Shown piece after piece: positions 51,223 to 63,010 of a stretch of 64,000 bases of DNA. The notes below the pieces were generated by a model. It was not told the DNA's origin, searched no databases, and saw nothing but the letters and a program-made list of their open reading frames with translations. The DNA is from Scyliorhinus canicula. Lineage: Eukaryota. Location: positions 44,491,810-44,555,809 of the forward strand of contig NC_052152.1 in assembly GCF_902713615.1 (NCBI RefSeq). The letters run 5' to 3'. The stretch's first letter is position 1, and each line of letters opens with the position of its first letter. A program made the position numbers and the translations under genes.

Positions 51223-51449
51223 CTGTCGAAATGGCAAACAGTAAGCCCAGTCAGCCATATTTTCAAGTGTTTTTTTTATATTAATTGATATCTGGAAACC
51301 TTCTTCACTAAATATCCCCAGTATCCTGTCCATTTTAAGCTTATAACAGATTGAAATACATTTGCGAATGCATTGAATATTTAAAGCTAACTCGAATGTG
51401 ATGATTGTTCACACAGTATCAGATGATATCACTTGATCATAGTGAAATA

Positions 51450-51638
51450 GGGGCTGGTTTAGCTCACTCAGCTAAATCGCTGGCTTTTAAAGCAGACCAA
51501 GCAGGCCAGCAGCACGGCTCGATTCCCGTACCAGCCTCCCCGGACAGGCGCCGGAATGTGGCGACTAGGGGCTTTTCACAGTAACTTCATTGAAGCCTAC
51601 TTGTGACAATAAGCGATTTTCATTTCATTTATCATTTC
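51450..51638 (+). mobile_element. SINE family B
   Basis: Full head and tail. TSD aaataggg at 51445-51452 and 51639-51646. Confidence 0.92.
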
Positions 51639-53189
51639 AAATAGGGAACTCTGGTTAAGGCAACGTACACAGCAAGATACAAAGTAGATGGCATTTGGCA
51701 TTTCCACAAGTAGGTTAAAAACAAGGAGCATTGTTCATGGAGAGATACACTTAAAAGTGCGCTTCGCCATGGGGCAGGCTTGATGGACCAGCTGCCCATC
51801 CAATTTGTATACATGTATTTCCATGTCCGTAATATAATCTGCTTCTGCCCTTGCATTATCCTGTCTGCTGCTGAGACCCTCATTCACCCTCATCTGTTCC
51901 GAACTTTTCCAGAAGACTCGCCCATATTCTATAAATTTACACTTATCCTAAACAATGTTTTTTTGCAAACATTTTATTGAGGTATTTATGATTTTATAAC
52001 AATAACAGAAGAAACAGTGTACATACAAATATAAACACAATGCAAAGGCCGTCTTCCTCTCTCACAGGTCCCACCTTTCTTACACACTAATCTAAGCTAA
52101 ACTGGACCCTAAACCACCCCCCTCTCTGCTGACAGTTAATTTTCCCTAAAGAAGTCGACAAACGGCTGCCACTTCCGGACGAACCCTAACATTGACCCTC
52201 TCGTGGCGAACTTGATTTTCTCCAGACAGAAAAAGCTAGCCATGTCCGATAGCCAGGTCTCCGTCTTCGGGGGCTTTGAGACCTTCCAAGCTCTAATAAA
52301 TCCATCTCCGGGCTACCAGGGACGCAAAGCCCAGAATGTCTGCCTCTTTCTCCTCCTGGATTCCCGGATCTTCCGAAACCTGGAAAATCGCCAGCTCTGG
52401 ACTCAGTGCCACCCTTGTTTTTAACACCTTGGACATGACATCCGCAAATCCCTGCCAAATTCCCCTAAGCTTCGGGCATGCCCAGAACATATGAACATGG
52501 TTCGCTGGTCCTCCCACATACCTTACGCAGCTGTCTTCTACCCCGAAGAACCAGCTCATCCGGTCCACTGTCATGTGAGCCCGGTGAACGACCTTGAATT
52601 GTATCAGGCTGAGCCTGGCACATGCTGTGGACGTGTTGACTCTACTCAACGCATCCGCCCAGAGACCATCCTCTATCTCTCCTCCCAGCTCCTCCTCCCA
52701 TTTGTGTTTCAGCTCCTCGGTCTGCGTCTCCTCTGACCCCATGGGTTATTTACAAATGTCCAAAACCCTCCCTTCTCCCACCCACATTCTGAAAACTACC
52801 CTGTCCTGTATCCCCCTTGGTAGTAGGAGCGGGAAGGTTGAGACCTGCCTGTGAAGGAAATCTGCAGGTACCTAAACTCATTCCCTCCCATCAATTCAAA
52901 GTTATCCTCCAACTCCCTCAGGCTGGGAAAGCTCCCCTCTATAAACAGATCTCCCATCCTCTCGATCCCTGCTCTTTGCCATCTCCGAAACCCTCCATCC
53001 AGCCTCCCCGGGGCAAACCGCTGATTATTGCAGATTGGGGACCAGACCGATGCTTCCTCTGCTCCCATATATTTCCTCCATTGCCCCCAAACTCAGGGCC
53101 GCCACCACCATGGGGCTGGTGGAGTACCGTGCCGGCAGGAACGGCACAGGCCAATGCCCCCAAACTGGTGCCCTTACATGATGCTGCCT

Positions 53190-54359
53190 CTACTCGCTGC
53201 CACATCGACCCCCCCCCCCCCCCCCCCCCCCCCCCGCGCCCTCCACCCACTTCCTGGCTATATTTGCTGCCCAATAATAATTACTAAAGTTCGGCAGTGC
53301 CAGCCCGCCTTCCTCCCAGCTATGTTCCAGCATCACCTTTTTTACTCGCGGGGTCTTACCCCCCCCCCCCCATACAAAGCCAGAGATCACCTTATTTACC
53401 TGTTTAAAAAAGGCCTGTGGGATAAAGATGGAGAAACACTGAAAAACAGACAAGAATCTCGGGAGGGCCGTCATTTTCGCTGTCTGTACCCTACCAGCTA
53501 GTGATAGCGGGAGCATGTCCCACCTTCGGAAGTCTTCCTTCATTTGGTCTACTAATCGGGTCAAATTTAACTTATGTAGCCGTTCCCATTCCCGTGCCAC
53601 CTGGATGCCTAGGTACCAAAAGCTTCCCCCTACCACTCTAAACGGCAGATCCCCCAATCGCCTCTCCTGCCCCCGTGCCTGGATCGCGAACATCTCACTT
53701 TTCCCCATGTTCAATTTATAACCCGAAAACCAGCCAAATTCCCCCAGAATCCTCATAATTTCTCCCATCCCCTCCAGTTGGTCAGAAACATATAGGAGCA
53801 GGTCATTTGCGTATAACGAGACTCTGTGTTCCATCCCCCCCCCCCCCCCTCCCCCGGAGCAGCCCCTTGAGGCTCTCAGCGCAATTACCAGTGGCTCTAT
53901 GGCCATTGCAAACAGCAGTGGGGAGAGGGGGCATTCCTGCCTCGTCCCCCGGTGCAGCCTGAAATAGCCCAATGTCAATCTGTTCATCCGTACACTCGCC
54001 ACAGGCGCCTGATACAGCAGCCTAACCCAGTCGATGAAGCCCCGTCCAAATCCAAACCTCCCCAGCACTTCCCACAGATAGGTCCATTCCACCCGATCAA
54101 ATGCCTTCTCTGCATCTATTGTGACCACTACCTCTACGTCACTACCCTCTGGGGGCATCATGATCACATTCCGCAACCTTTTTACGTTGGCCGCCAACTG
54201 CCTACCCTTAATGAATCCTGTGTGGTCCGCCCCAATCACGTCCGGAACGCAGTCTTCTATCCTTGAGGACAAGAATTTAGCCAATAGTTTGGCATCAATA
54301 TTTAATAAGGAGATTGGTCTGTTGGACCCGTATAGCTCCAGGTCCTTATCCCGCTTCAA
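53190..54359 (-). pseudogene. L1 ORF2 reverse transcriptase domain, disabled by flanking frameshifts
   Basis: The 389-aa ORF carries canonical non-LTR RT motifs. Neighbouring ORF2 parts are in other frames. Confidence 0.9.
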
Positions 54360-55791
54360 GATCAGTGAGATTGTGGCCTATGACATAATAGGGGGAAGCG
54401 CCCCTCTCTCCCTAGCCTCATTGAATGTCCTCATCAGCAGGGACCCCAGCATCCCAGAGAACTTTTTATAAAACTCCACTGGGTACCCGTTTGGTCCTGG
54501 GGCTTTACCCTACTGCATGGCCTTCAGCCTTTCTTCCATCCCAATCGGGGCCCCCAGCCCTTCTACCAACCCTTCATCCACCTTCGGGAGCCTCAGCCCC
54601 CCTAAGAATTGCCTCATCCCTTCCGGCCCAGCTGGGGGTTCCGACTCATACAGCCTGCTATAAACTCCTTAAGCGCCATATTAACCCCTGCTGAATCTCC
54701 GACCAGGTTCCCATCTCTGTCCCTCATTTTCCCAATCTCCCTGGCTGCCTCCCTCTTTCTGAGCTGCTGTGCAAGCATTCTGCTGGCCTTCTCTCCATAT
54801 TCATATATCGCCCCCCTCACCTTCCTCAGCTGCTCCACCGCCCTCCCTGTGGTTAACAAGCCAAACTCAGCCTGTAGCCTCCGTCGTTCCCTTAAAAGCC
54901 CTGCCTCTGGGGTCTCCACATATCTCCTGTCGACCTGAAGTATTTCCCTTTTCAGTCAGTCCATCTCTGTTCTGTCTACCTTCTCCCTGGGGGCCCGTAT
55001 CAAAATCAGCTCCCCTCTGGCCACTGCCTTCAGCGCTTCCCAGACCATTGCAGAAGAGACTTCCCCCGTGTCATTAACTTCCAGAAAGTTCTGGATACAT
55101 TTCCTCACCCACCCACACACCTCCTCATTCGCTCACAGTCCGACATCCACTCTCCTTGCCCACCTTTAGGTACCCTCCTTGCCCACCTGTGGGTCCACCC
55201 AGTGCGGGGCATGATCCAAGACCGTGATCGCTGAACACTCAGTGTCCACTACCCCATCAGTAAAGCCCTGTTCAAGATGAAAAATTCAATCCGGGAGTAC
55301 ACTTTATGCACGTGTGAGTAAAAGGAGAACTTCTTCACTCTCGGCCGCCCAAACCTCTACCGGTCCACTCCCTCCATCTGCTCCATCAATCCCTTTAGCT
55401 CCTTTGCCATTGCTGGCACCCTGCCTGTCCTTGAGCTCGACCAGTCTAGCCTTGGGTCAATGACTGTGTTGAAGTCCCTCCACATGGCCAACATATGCGA
55501 GTCCAGGTCCGGGATCTTCCTCAACATCCTCCTTATGAACTCCACATCATCCCAATTTGGCACATACACATTCATGAGTCCCACCGCCAGCCCTTCCAGC
55601 TTCCCACTAACCATGATGTAATGGTCTCCCACATCTGCAACTATTCTTCCCACATCGAATGACACTCGTTTATTAATCAGGATCGCGACTCCTCTAGTCT
55701 TTGAGTCCAGCCCCGAGTGAAATACCTGTCCAACCCATTCCTTCCTTAATCAAATCTGATCGGTTACCCTAAGATGCGTCTCCTGTAACAT

Positions 55792-55909
55792 TGAAATGAA
55801 ATGAAAATCGCTTATTGTCACGAGTATCCTTCAATGAAGTTACTGTGAAAAGCCCCTAGTCGCCACATTCCGGCGCCTGTCCGGGGAGGCTGGTACGGGG
55901 GGCTGCCAC
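55792..55909 (-). mobile_element. 5'-truncated SINE family B inside the L1 endonuclease
   Basis: Interrupts DVA|MLQETHL. Matches the family B 3' half. Confidence 0.9.
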
Positions 55910-57059
55910 ATCCGCCTTCAATCCCCTCAAATGCACGAACATGCGTGCCCTCTTAACCGGGCCATTTAGCCCTCTTAAATTCCATGTGATCATCCTGGTT
56001 GGAAGCTTCTCCCCCCCCCTCGCGCTGATCAGCCATCACCTCCTTGGGCCAGTCTCCACCTCATGCCCCGCGTATTCGCAGGCCTGCCCCCAGGCAGCCT
56101 CCGTCCCCGACCTCCCTTTTGTCTCTATTCTCTAGGTCCTCTACCTTCTCCTGGAGCCTTTTCTGCTGGTCTCTCAGCATCCCCACCTCCACCTTCACTG
56201 CTGTTTGGTGTTCCTCCTGGTCAGCCAGCGCCTTCTCTACTTTCTGGATCACCCGATCTTGAGCATCCAGACAATGTTCCAGCCGAGAACTCGATTCCCT
56301 AATCGGGTCCAAGCATTCCTGTTTCTGCTTGACGAAGCCCTCCTGAATAAACTGCATCAACTGCTCTGTCGACTGCTGGGTCGTCGAGCCAGGACTCCGG
56401 TCATCCACCATGCTTTCTCCCGCTGCAGCTTCAACCCAGGCCTTCTCTGTTTGCCTATTTCTTCCTTTGCGAGCACTCCTGGTCCACCTCTCCATGCACT
56501 GGTGTGGGACTCGTCCTCACAGTTACGTCCACTATCAGTTTTCCAAGTAAAATCCGAGAAAAAATCGGGGAAAAGGTCCAAAGGTCCGACCCGAGCGGGA
56601 GCCACCAAATATGCGACCTACTCCTTCATGGCCGCCACTGGAAGTCTATCCTAAACAATTCTATCTGTATCCTATCCTGAAACAGTTTCATTCACTAACA
56701 ATCCTCTTCTTTCTGACCTACACGAGCCCCCAGTTCGCCAACTCCACAGAAATTAAAAATTCTCATCCTCATGTTTAAATCCATTCATGGCCTTGCTCAT
56801 CCCTGTGTCCGTAACTCCCGAACTCGCTATTCCTCTGACTCTAGCCTTTCATATATCCTTCCCTACTTCACCTCATCTTTGGCAGTCATGTCTTCAGCCA
56901 CCTAGGCTCTGTGCTCTGGAATTCACTCTCTGAACCTAACCACCTCTTCTTCTACTCTTTTAACTCATTCCTTAAAACATTCACTAATCAAGGATGTGAT
57001 CACCTCTCCTAATACTTCCCTTTTTGGCTTGGTGTCCATTTCTCTTATTGCAACACTGC

Positions 57060-57600
57060 ATTCTTTATTGATTTGTTTCTGGAACGTTAGCATCATTGGT
57101 GACACCATCATTACCATTCCTAATTGTCCTCAAAGGTGGGGGTGAGCTGCCTTCTTGAACCTCTGCGGTCCACACGGTGTAGGTACATCCACAGTGTTGT
57201 TCGGAAGGGAGTTCCAGGATTTTGACCCAGCGAGAGTGAGGGAATGGCAATATGCCAGGGGCTGGTTTAGCTCACTCGGCTAAATCGCTGGCTTTTAAAG
57301 CAGGCCAGCAGCACGGTTCGATTGCTGTACCAGCCTCCCCGGACAGGCGCCGGAATGTGGCGACTAGGGGCTTTTCACAGTAACTTCATTGAAGCCTACT
57401 CGTGACAATAAGCGATTTTCATTTTTCATTTCATTTCATTTCATTTTCATTTTCATATGCTTCCAAGTCACAGTGGTTTGTAGCTTGAAGGGAAACCTGC
57501 AAATGTAGGTGTTCCTGTGTGCCTACTGTCCTTGTCCTAGATTGCAGAGGTCACTGGTTTGGGAGGTGCTGTTGAAGCAATCTCGTGAAACACTTCAGGA
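57060..57600 (-). mobile_element. CR1/L2-group LINE 3' end
   Basis: Reverse complement of the tail family at 34595. Confidence 0.7.
57257..57454 (+). mobile_element. SINE family B
   Basis: Full length. TSD atatgc at 57250-57255 and 57455-57460. Confidence 0.9.
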
Positions 57601-58509
57601 TGGTTTTCTATGTTAAAGGTCCTTATATTTGTGACATTTATTGGCAAAGCTACTTGGGAAGTATTTGGTGGAGGGGATGATGGTCTTACCCAATAGCTGA
57701 ATAGCTGGCAAGAGCTCCATGTGACCACTGTATTAAGTGCCACTCGGGCACTGAACTGCCCGAGGGTGGGCTTTCCCTGGAATCAAGAACCTTGGAGGTG
57801 GAAGTCCCTCTGCTGAGGGCTGCCAGCATATCAGAGTTTGGCAACTTTATAGAATAGTAGTGCCATCAGGAGGTGATGGCTACTGCTGGTAGGGCACCGA
57901 CTTAAGGTCTAGTATCCTCGCCCGATACCAGGTCACTGTTGAGTTGCAGGGTAGGGTTCACAAGGGAGGGCATACACGAAGGGTCAACAGCAAGGACAGG
58001 GGTGTGGTTCTCGGTAGCTACCTCGTCCCTGAGCCAGGTCCCTCAATTAGGGCAACGTTGTACTTTGTATAAAGTACCTTTGAATGAGGGACCTCCCCGA
58101 GGAGGCCTTAAGCAGCCCTGCACACGTTTGCTTGTCATGTCCCCTACATGGCAAGCCCCCCCCCCCCCCCCCCACCTGCTGCGTGGCCCCTACCAGCTGG
58201 ACCAGTCATATAAATACTGTTGCTACTCTACTGATCCGCCTGCCATTGCTGAAGGCTCATGCTCCTAATCTGGATGTAAATTCTGCTGCAGGTGATTTAG
58301 CTCCTTATTTCCCAAAGCCACCCCACCATCTACAAGGCTCGCCAGGAGTGTGATGGAATACTCTCCACTTTCCTGCATAAACATGCAAGCTGTGCCCAGC
58401 ATACCCTCTAATTCTATCTTTTACTCTCGTTCTATGCTTCTAAAACTTAATTCTAACTCTTTTAAACTCTCTAACAATGTTCTTATTCAATTACTTACAG
58501 ATTTAGCAA

Positions 58510-58917
58510 CAAAAGGTTGTGAATGTAGCCCAGTCCATCACGCAAACCAGCTTCCCATCTATTGACTCTATCTATAATTCCCGCTGCCTCAGAAAGGCAG
58601 CCAGCATAATTAAGGACCCCACGCACCCCGGACATACTCTCTTCCACCTTCTTCCGTCAGGAAAAATATACCAAAGTTTGAGGTCACGTACCAACCGACT
58701 CAAGAACAGCTTCTTCCCTACAGCCAAAGACTTTTGAATGGACCTACCTCGTATTAAGTTGATCTTTTCTCTACACCTTGCTATAACTGTAACATTATAT
58801 TCTGCAGTCTCTCCTTCCTTCCCTATGTACGGTATGCATTGTTTGTACAGCATGCAAGAAACAATACTTTTCACTGTATACTAATACATGTGACAATAAT
58901 AAATCAAATCAAATCAA
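58510..58917 (+). mobile_element. Rex-Babar LINE 3' end
   Basis: ORF 58519-58737 (VAQSITQ...IIKDPTHPGH...RLKNSFFP). Tail gtgacaataat(aaatc)n. Confidence 0.85.
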
Positions 58918-59179
58918 TGCCACTTGATTGACACATTATCCACTGCTTTAAACAATGACTCTCTCCAACACTGACTCATGGTGGCAATGGTGTGTACCGT
59001 CAACAAGATTTGCTAAGACTCCTTTGATAGCACCTTCCAAACACAATCTCTACCACCTAGAAGTATAAGGGCAGGAGGCAAATGGGAACACCACTGTGTG
59101 CGTATTTCCTTTTATGTCTGAATCATTCTGGCTTTGAGCTATATCACCATTGCTTCACTGCCACTGGAGTAAAAGTCAG

Positions 59180-60881
59180 TGTTATATAGCGAGGTGATCG
59201 ACAAGACAGTGTTGAAACACAAAAGAACTAAGGCAAACTATATACACCAGACAGCAAACCAAATACAAGGGTCCTGTTCACATGACTCCCGAGCTAACTC
59301 TAATCAAGCCCCAATGGCCAGAATCGTGCCTAAACTCCAGATAGGCTTACATTCGCCTGCTGTGTCCCCATAGGCTCTAGGTCCGTCACGTGACCTGTAA
59401 AGTATCGGCCTTTCAACGGTCCATGCTACCATATTACTCCCCCCTGAAGTTCCCTTTCAGATCCCTGAATTACAGAAACAGATATAATCTCCTTTACGTG
59501 CAAAATAGTTACAGTAAAGGTGCTTAAAACAAAGTTCATAAGGTAAGTCTATCAGGTGACTTCCTAACTCTTGCCAAAGGTCTCAACTTGCTTTTCCAGA
59601 TTAGGAGCATGAGCCTTCAGCAATGGCAGGCAGAGTACAGTTCACAGGAGGTTGTGCTGACAACCACATCAGCTCCCTCCGTGGCTCTTGAAGAATCCTC
59701 TTGAGAGGATCTCTCATCTAACGCACCGCTGCGGTAAGTGGTACACAGATAACTGGGTCTGAGTCCACAGGCTCCTTTTCAGGGATGGTGGATTCACTCC
59801 CCAGATGATCAGCATGCTTTCTAGCCTCAAGGCCCTTTAGGTATATGACATAGCATACTAGCCCAGTCCTTTTAACAACTCTTCCAGGCAACCATTCCAG
59901 TCCTCCACCAATGTTCCACACATTTACTAAATTGTCTAGAACATAGAACAGTACAGCACAGAACAGGCCCTTCGGCCTTCGATGTTGTGCCGAGCAATGA
60001 TCACCTTACTGAAGCCAACGTATCCGCCCAATACCAGTAACCCCCCCATTAACCTTATTTTTTTAGGACACTAAGGGCAATTTAGCATGGCCAATCCACC
60101 TAACCCGCACATCTTTGGACTGTGGGAGGAAACCGGAGCACCCGGAGGAAACCCACGCACACACGGGGAGGATGTGCAGACTCCGCACAGACAGTGACCC
60201 AGCCGGGAACTGAACTACAGTCTACTTGGAACGATCAGTCCATCTTGGGTGTATTGTGACGGGTGTGCTGTGAAGCTTGCTTAGCCTCCACCCTCCCCGA
60301 CAAATTGTGAAACATAATGCCGAGCCAGGTCCTGAGATGCCGAGGTTGTAGGGTTGTGGCCCACAAACAGTAAGTAATATAACTTTTTGTTTCTCTTCCG
60401 TCATTATTTCATTGGCAGTGAAAAAGTCTTTTGACATATTAGCTCCAGCTTTCGACCTCCAGATCAAATGGATCAATTTTTACGACAGTGGTGTCACTAT
60501 CAACTGCAGTCGATCTTTTACTTTAATATTCTGAGAGAGCTTTTTTCACCAACCCCCCACCCCACATCCAAATTTTTGATGATTTCCTTTGACTAGTTTG
60601 TTTTATTCTTGTCGCCAATGTTATAATGCGAAATGATCAATGAGGCAGCGTTGCAACAGAAAATAAGTTTATTGAACTAAGGCGAACCTTATACACTGGA
60701 TAGCACAACTAATATATACACAGGTCTTGTTCCCATGACTCCCGGGCTAACTCTCACTAAGCCACAAAGGTCAAAATCACCCCTAAACCTGATAGGCTTA
60801 TGTTTGTGCGTTGTGTCCCCATAGGCTCGAGGCTTGTCACGTGGCCAGTGAAATATTGCCCTTAAAGGGGCCACGTTACCA
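59180..60881 (-). mobile_element. Internally deleted Gypsy LTR retrotransposon
   Basis: Two related TG...CA LTRs (60619-60881 and 59180-59431). Primer-binding site (PBS) tggcgacaag (60617-60608) and polypurine tract (PPT) agggggagtaa (59444-59434). Gag N-terminal remnant (KVILLTVCGP) and integrase C-terminal remnant (WLPGRVVKRTGLVCY). Confidence 0.8.
59937..60215 (-). mobile_element. HE1-type V-SINE (family A), 5'-truncated, inside the Gypsy element
   Basis: V-domain and HER1-type tail. Confidence 0.9.
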
Positions 60882-61039
60882 CAATATGGAACTTCTGTAT
60901 TAAAAACACTGTGGTTCTACCTACACTGTAGACTGTAGAGGTTCAAGAAGGCAGCTCACTACCCCTTCCCGAGAGCAATTAGGGATGGGCAATGATTGCT
61001 GGAGCTGCTGGAAATGCACACTTCTCACGAACAAATGAA

Positions 61040-61410
61040 AAGAGATAAAATGGCTGTGACCACATGCCGAGCAGTTGGTGAGGGAACCCCATCTGCCCCA
61101 CAAACACCGCCTTCCCTTGACGTACCTGGAAATCAGGGTTATCACTTCCAACTCTGCATTTGTTGTTCTGAATTTAAAAAGGTGCTACCCATCTCCCTTT
61201 CTTCCTTGTTTTCTCTTTTCTGTTGGCTGGTGACACCAGGAATTTGGAGGAAGTAAATGGGAAGCCCCAAGACGAAGCACAGGGACTAGGAAGAGAAAAT
61301 TTGAGTCATCAAAGGAGTTTACTGCGATTGGAAACGAATGGTTTTGAACCACTGAAGAAGAGAGAGTGTGTCATCTAAACCTCAAAGGGGGAGGAAATAT
61401 GTGGTGGATC
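61040..61410. promoter_or_regulatory. Candidate T-cell enhancer in CD247 intron 1
   Basis: Non-repetitive stretch with clustered GATA, RUNX (x2), ETS (x2), CRE half-site, NFAT, AP-1, TCF/LEF and E-box motifs. Motif evidence only. Confidence 0.35.
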
Positions 61411-62003
61411 CCAAATTAAAATGATAATGAAGTGCATGTGGGTGTCTGCTGAGAGGAGCAGCAAGAACCATTGCATATTAGTATTATTCAAATTAAATTT
61501 ATTTTGGACCATTGATTTGGTTGTTTCCAGCCTGTGCTTTGTAGATGCTTTGTGACCCACCAGAACCAGTCTGCAAGCATTGCGAGCATAGTGTTCACTT
61601 TAAATGTCTTCTTCCATGACAATTCTGCTTTCTCTTCCTCCTTTAATGGAAGACAACTCCGAGAGCCATCTTCCTATATCTTACAAAATGAACATTACTC
61701 GAGTGTAAACCTCGGTGGTAAGTGCCAACAGACTATTCACAAGACCAAGCTTGCCCACACATAGGAATCCCAATACGAATCACTGGATATCGCCTCCCTA
61801 AACCAGGAGTTTGTAGACTAATTGTGGCACCTTTACATTTGCCCCAGCTGAAATTTGTTGCATCAGAAAGTTTTGGCTCAGCAGTTAACTACGTAAATAC
61901 ACTAAACCAGAAAGATATTTCTAAGAGAATGAACAGTACAATGTCCACAAGGAACACACTTAGAGATATAGGTAGATGGTGCAATCATTTGGATTGGTCC
62001 TTT

Positions 62004-62380
62004 GGGCAGAATTCTACATCCTCATCGCACCCAACTTGGAGTCGAGACACGACGGTTGAATCCTGTTCACAAGCTTCACCCAGCGCCTGGGATTCAACGG
62101 CTGCGCCTGCGAGACCTCAACCAGGTGCTGTTTAGTATTGGTTCACACAAACGTGAACCAGGCTTGATGGCACCGTGGGGCGGTGGGGGGGGGGGGGGGG
62201 GGGGGGGGGGGGTGGAGCAGGCCTCGTAGGCGATTGGGGGCCTCTGGGTGGTCGGGGACAGGGCAGGGTGGCACCATAGAACTCACCCAGGCATCCTGGC
62301 ACTGCCAGCCTAGCACCTTGCCACGAGCACCCTTCTCTCAGCAGACACCCACATGCACTTCATTATCATTTTAATTTGGG
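62004..62380. mobile_element. Harbinger-like MITE remnant with a long G tract
   Basis: Starts GGGCAGAATTCT. The interior resembles 29640-29760. The second TIR was not found. Confidence 0.5.
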
Positions 62381-63010
62381 CTCCACCACATATTTCCTCC
62401 CCCTTTGAAGTTTAGATGACCCACTCTCTCTTCTTCAGTGGCTCAAAACCATTTGTTTCCAATTGCAGTGAACTCCTTTTATGACTCAAATTTTCTCTTC
62501 CTAGTCCCTGTGTTGTCAACCTTTATCGTTGAATCCCGCCCTTTATTTCAGATGGCCTCTTGAGCTTATTGATCCACAGTAACAAAGCAACAGTTCTGAA
62601 TTTCCATACCCTTCTCCAGATCTTCCACATTAACTTTACGGAAACCCCGCAGAAACCGTACCAACAGACCATTTTAATCTTCTACTATTTCTGTGGGGAA
62701 GGAGCCCCATTGATTTCCTGCTGGAGAACTCCTGAGGAAGTTCCAAGCCTCCAAATCTTAAGGCTCAGAAATCACATCATCATTTTGGTCAAAAGATATG
62801 AAAGAGCCAAATTGAATGTAATCTGAAAGATTTTCATAAGGCTTATATGAATCAGAGGTTAATCTGTAAGGGTTAATTTTTTGGGACATATTCTAGAAGC
62901 TGCTGTTCAGAGAGATTCTAACCTTCATTCTACATAAACCATATTTGAGAATATCATAACCACAACTAGATATTTATTGTTTTCTGTTGGGCTCTATCCT
63001 GTTAATCTTT

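Larger units (their letters stand above)
51957..56646 (-). mobile_element. L1-clade LINE with both ends present, 13-bp TSD and deleted ORF1 C-terminus; sense to CD247 in intron 1
   Basis: TSD tatcctaaacaat at 51944-51956 and 56647-56659. 5' end gacttccagtggcggccatg. AATAAA and A-tail at 51978-51957. ORF1 coiled coil (56061-56495), APE endonuclease (55180-55990) and RT (53190-54359: YRPISLLN-like, DAEKAFDRVEW, GTRQECPLSP, YANDLL). Confidence 0.95.
51780..57040 (+). mobile_element. Old L2 LINE 3' remnant split by the L1 insertion
   Basis: HVRNIICFCP...SAAETLIH (51820-51890) continues after the L1 with IKNSHPHV/KILILMFKSIHGL-like remnants (56750-56800). Confidence 0.65.
58290..61010 (+). mobile_element. 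CR1/L2-group LINE 3' portion interrupted by Rex-Babar and Gypsy insertions
   Basis: accatctacaaggc...ggagtgtgatggaatactctcc (58325) and 58920-59178 resume at 60885 and end agcaattagggatgggcaatg. Confidence 0.65.

Noticed and set aside
44815-62215. Long C/G homopolymers (44815, 53210, 53835, 58155, 62185) as functional G-quadruplexes
   Set aside because: All lie inside transposons, where such runs expand, and their lengths may reflect sequencing error.
62590-62700. Candidate CD247 exon 1 (donor AGG|gtatgg at about 62610)
   Set aside because: It has no hydrophobic signal peptide and the wrong phase for exon 2. Exon 1 is probably outside the window.
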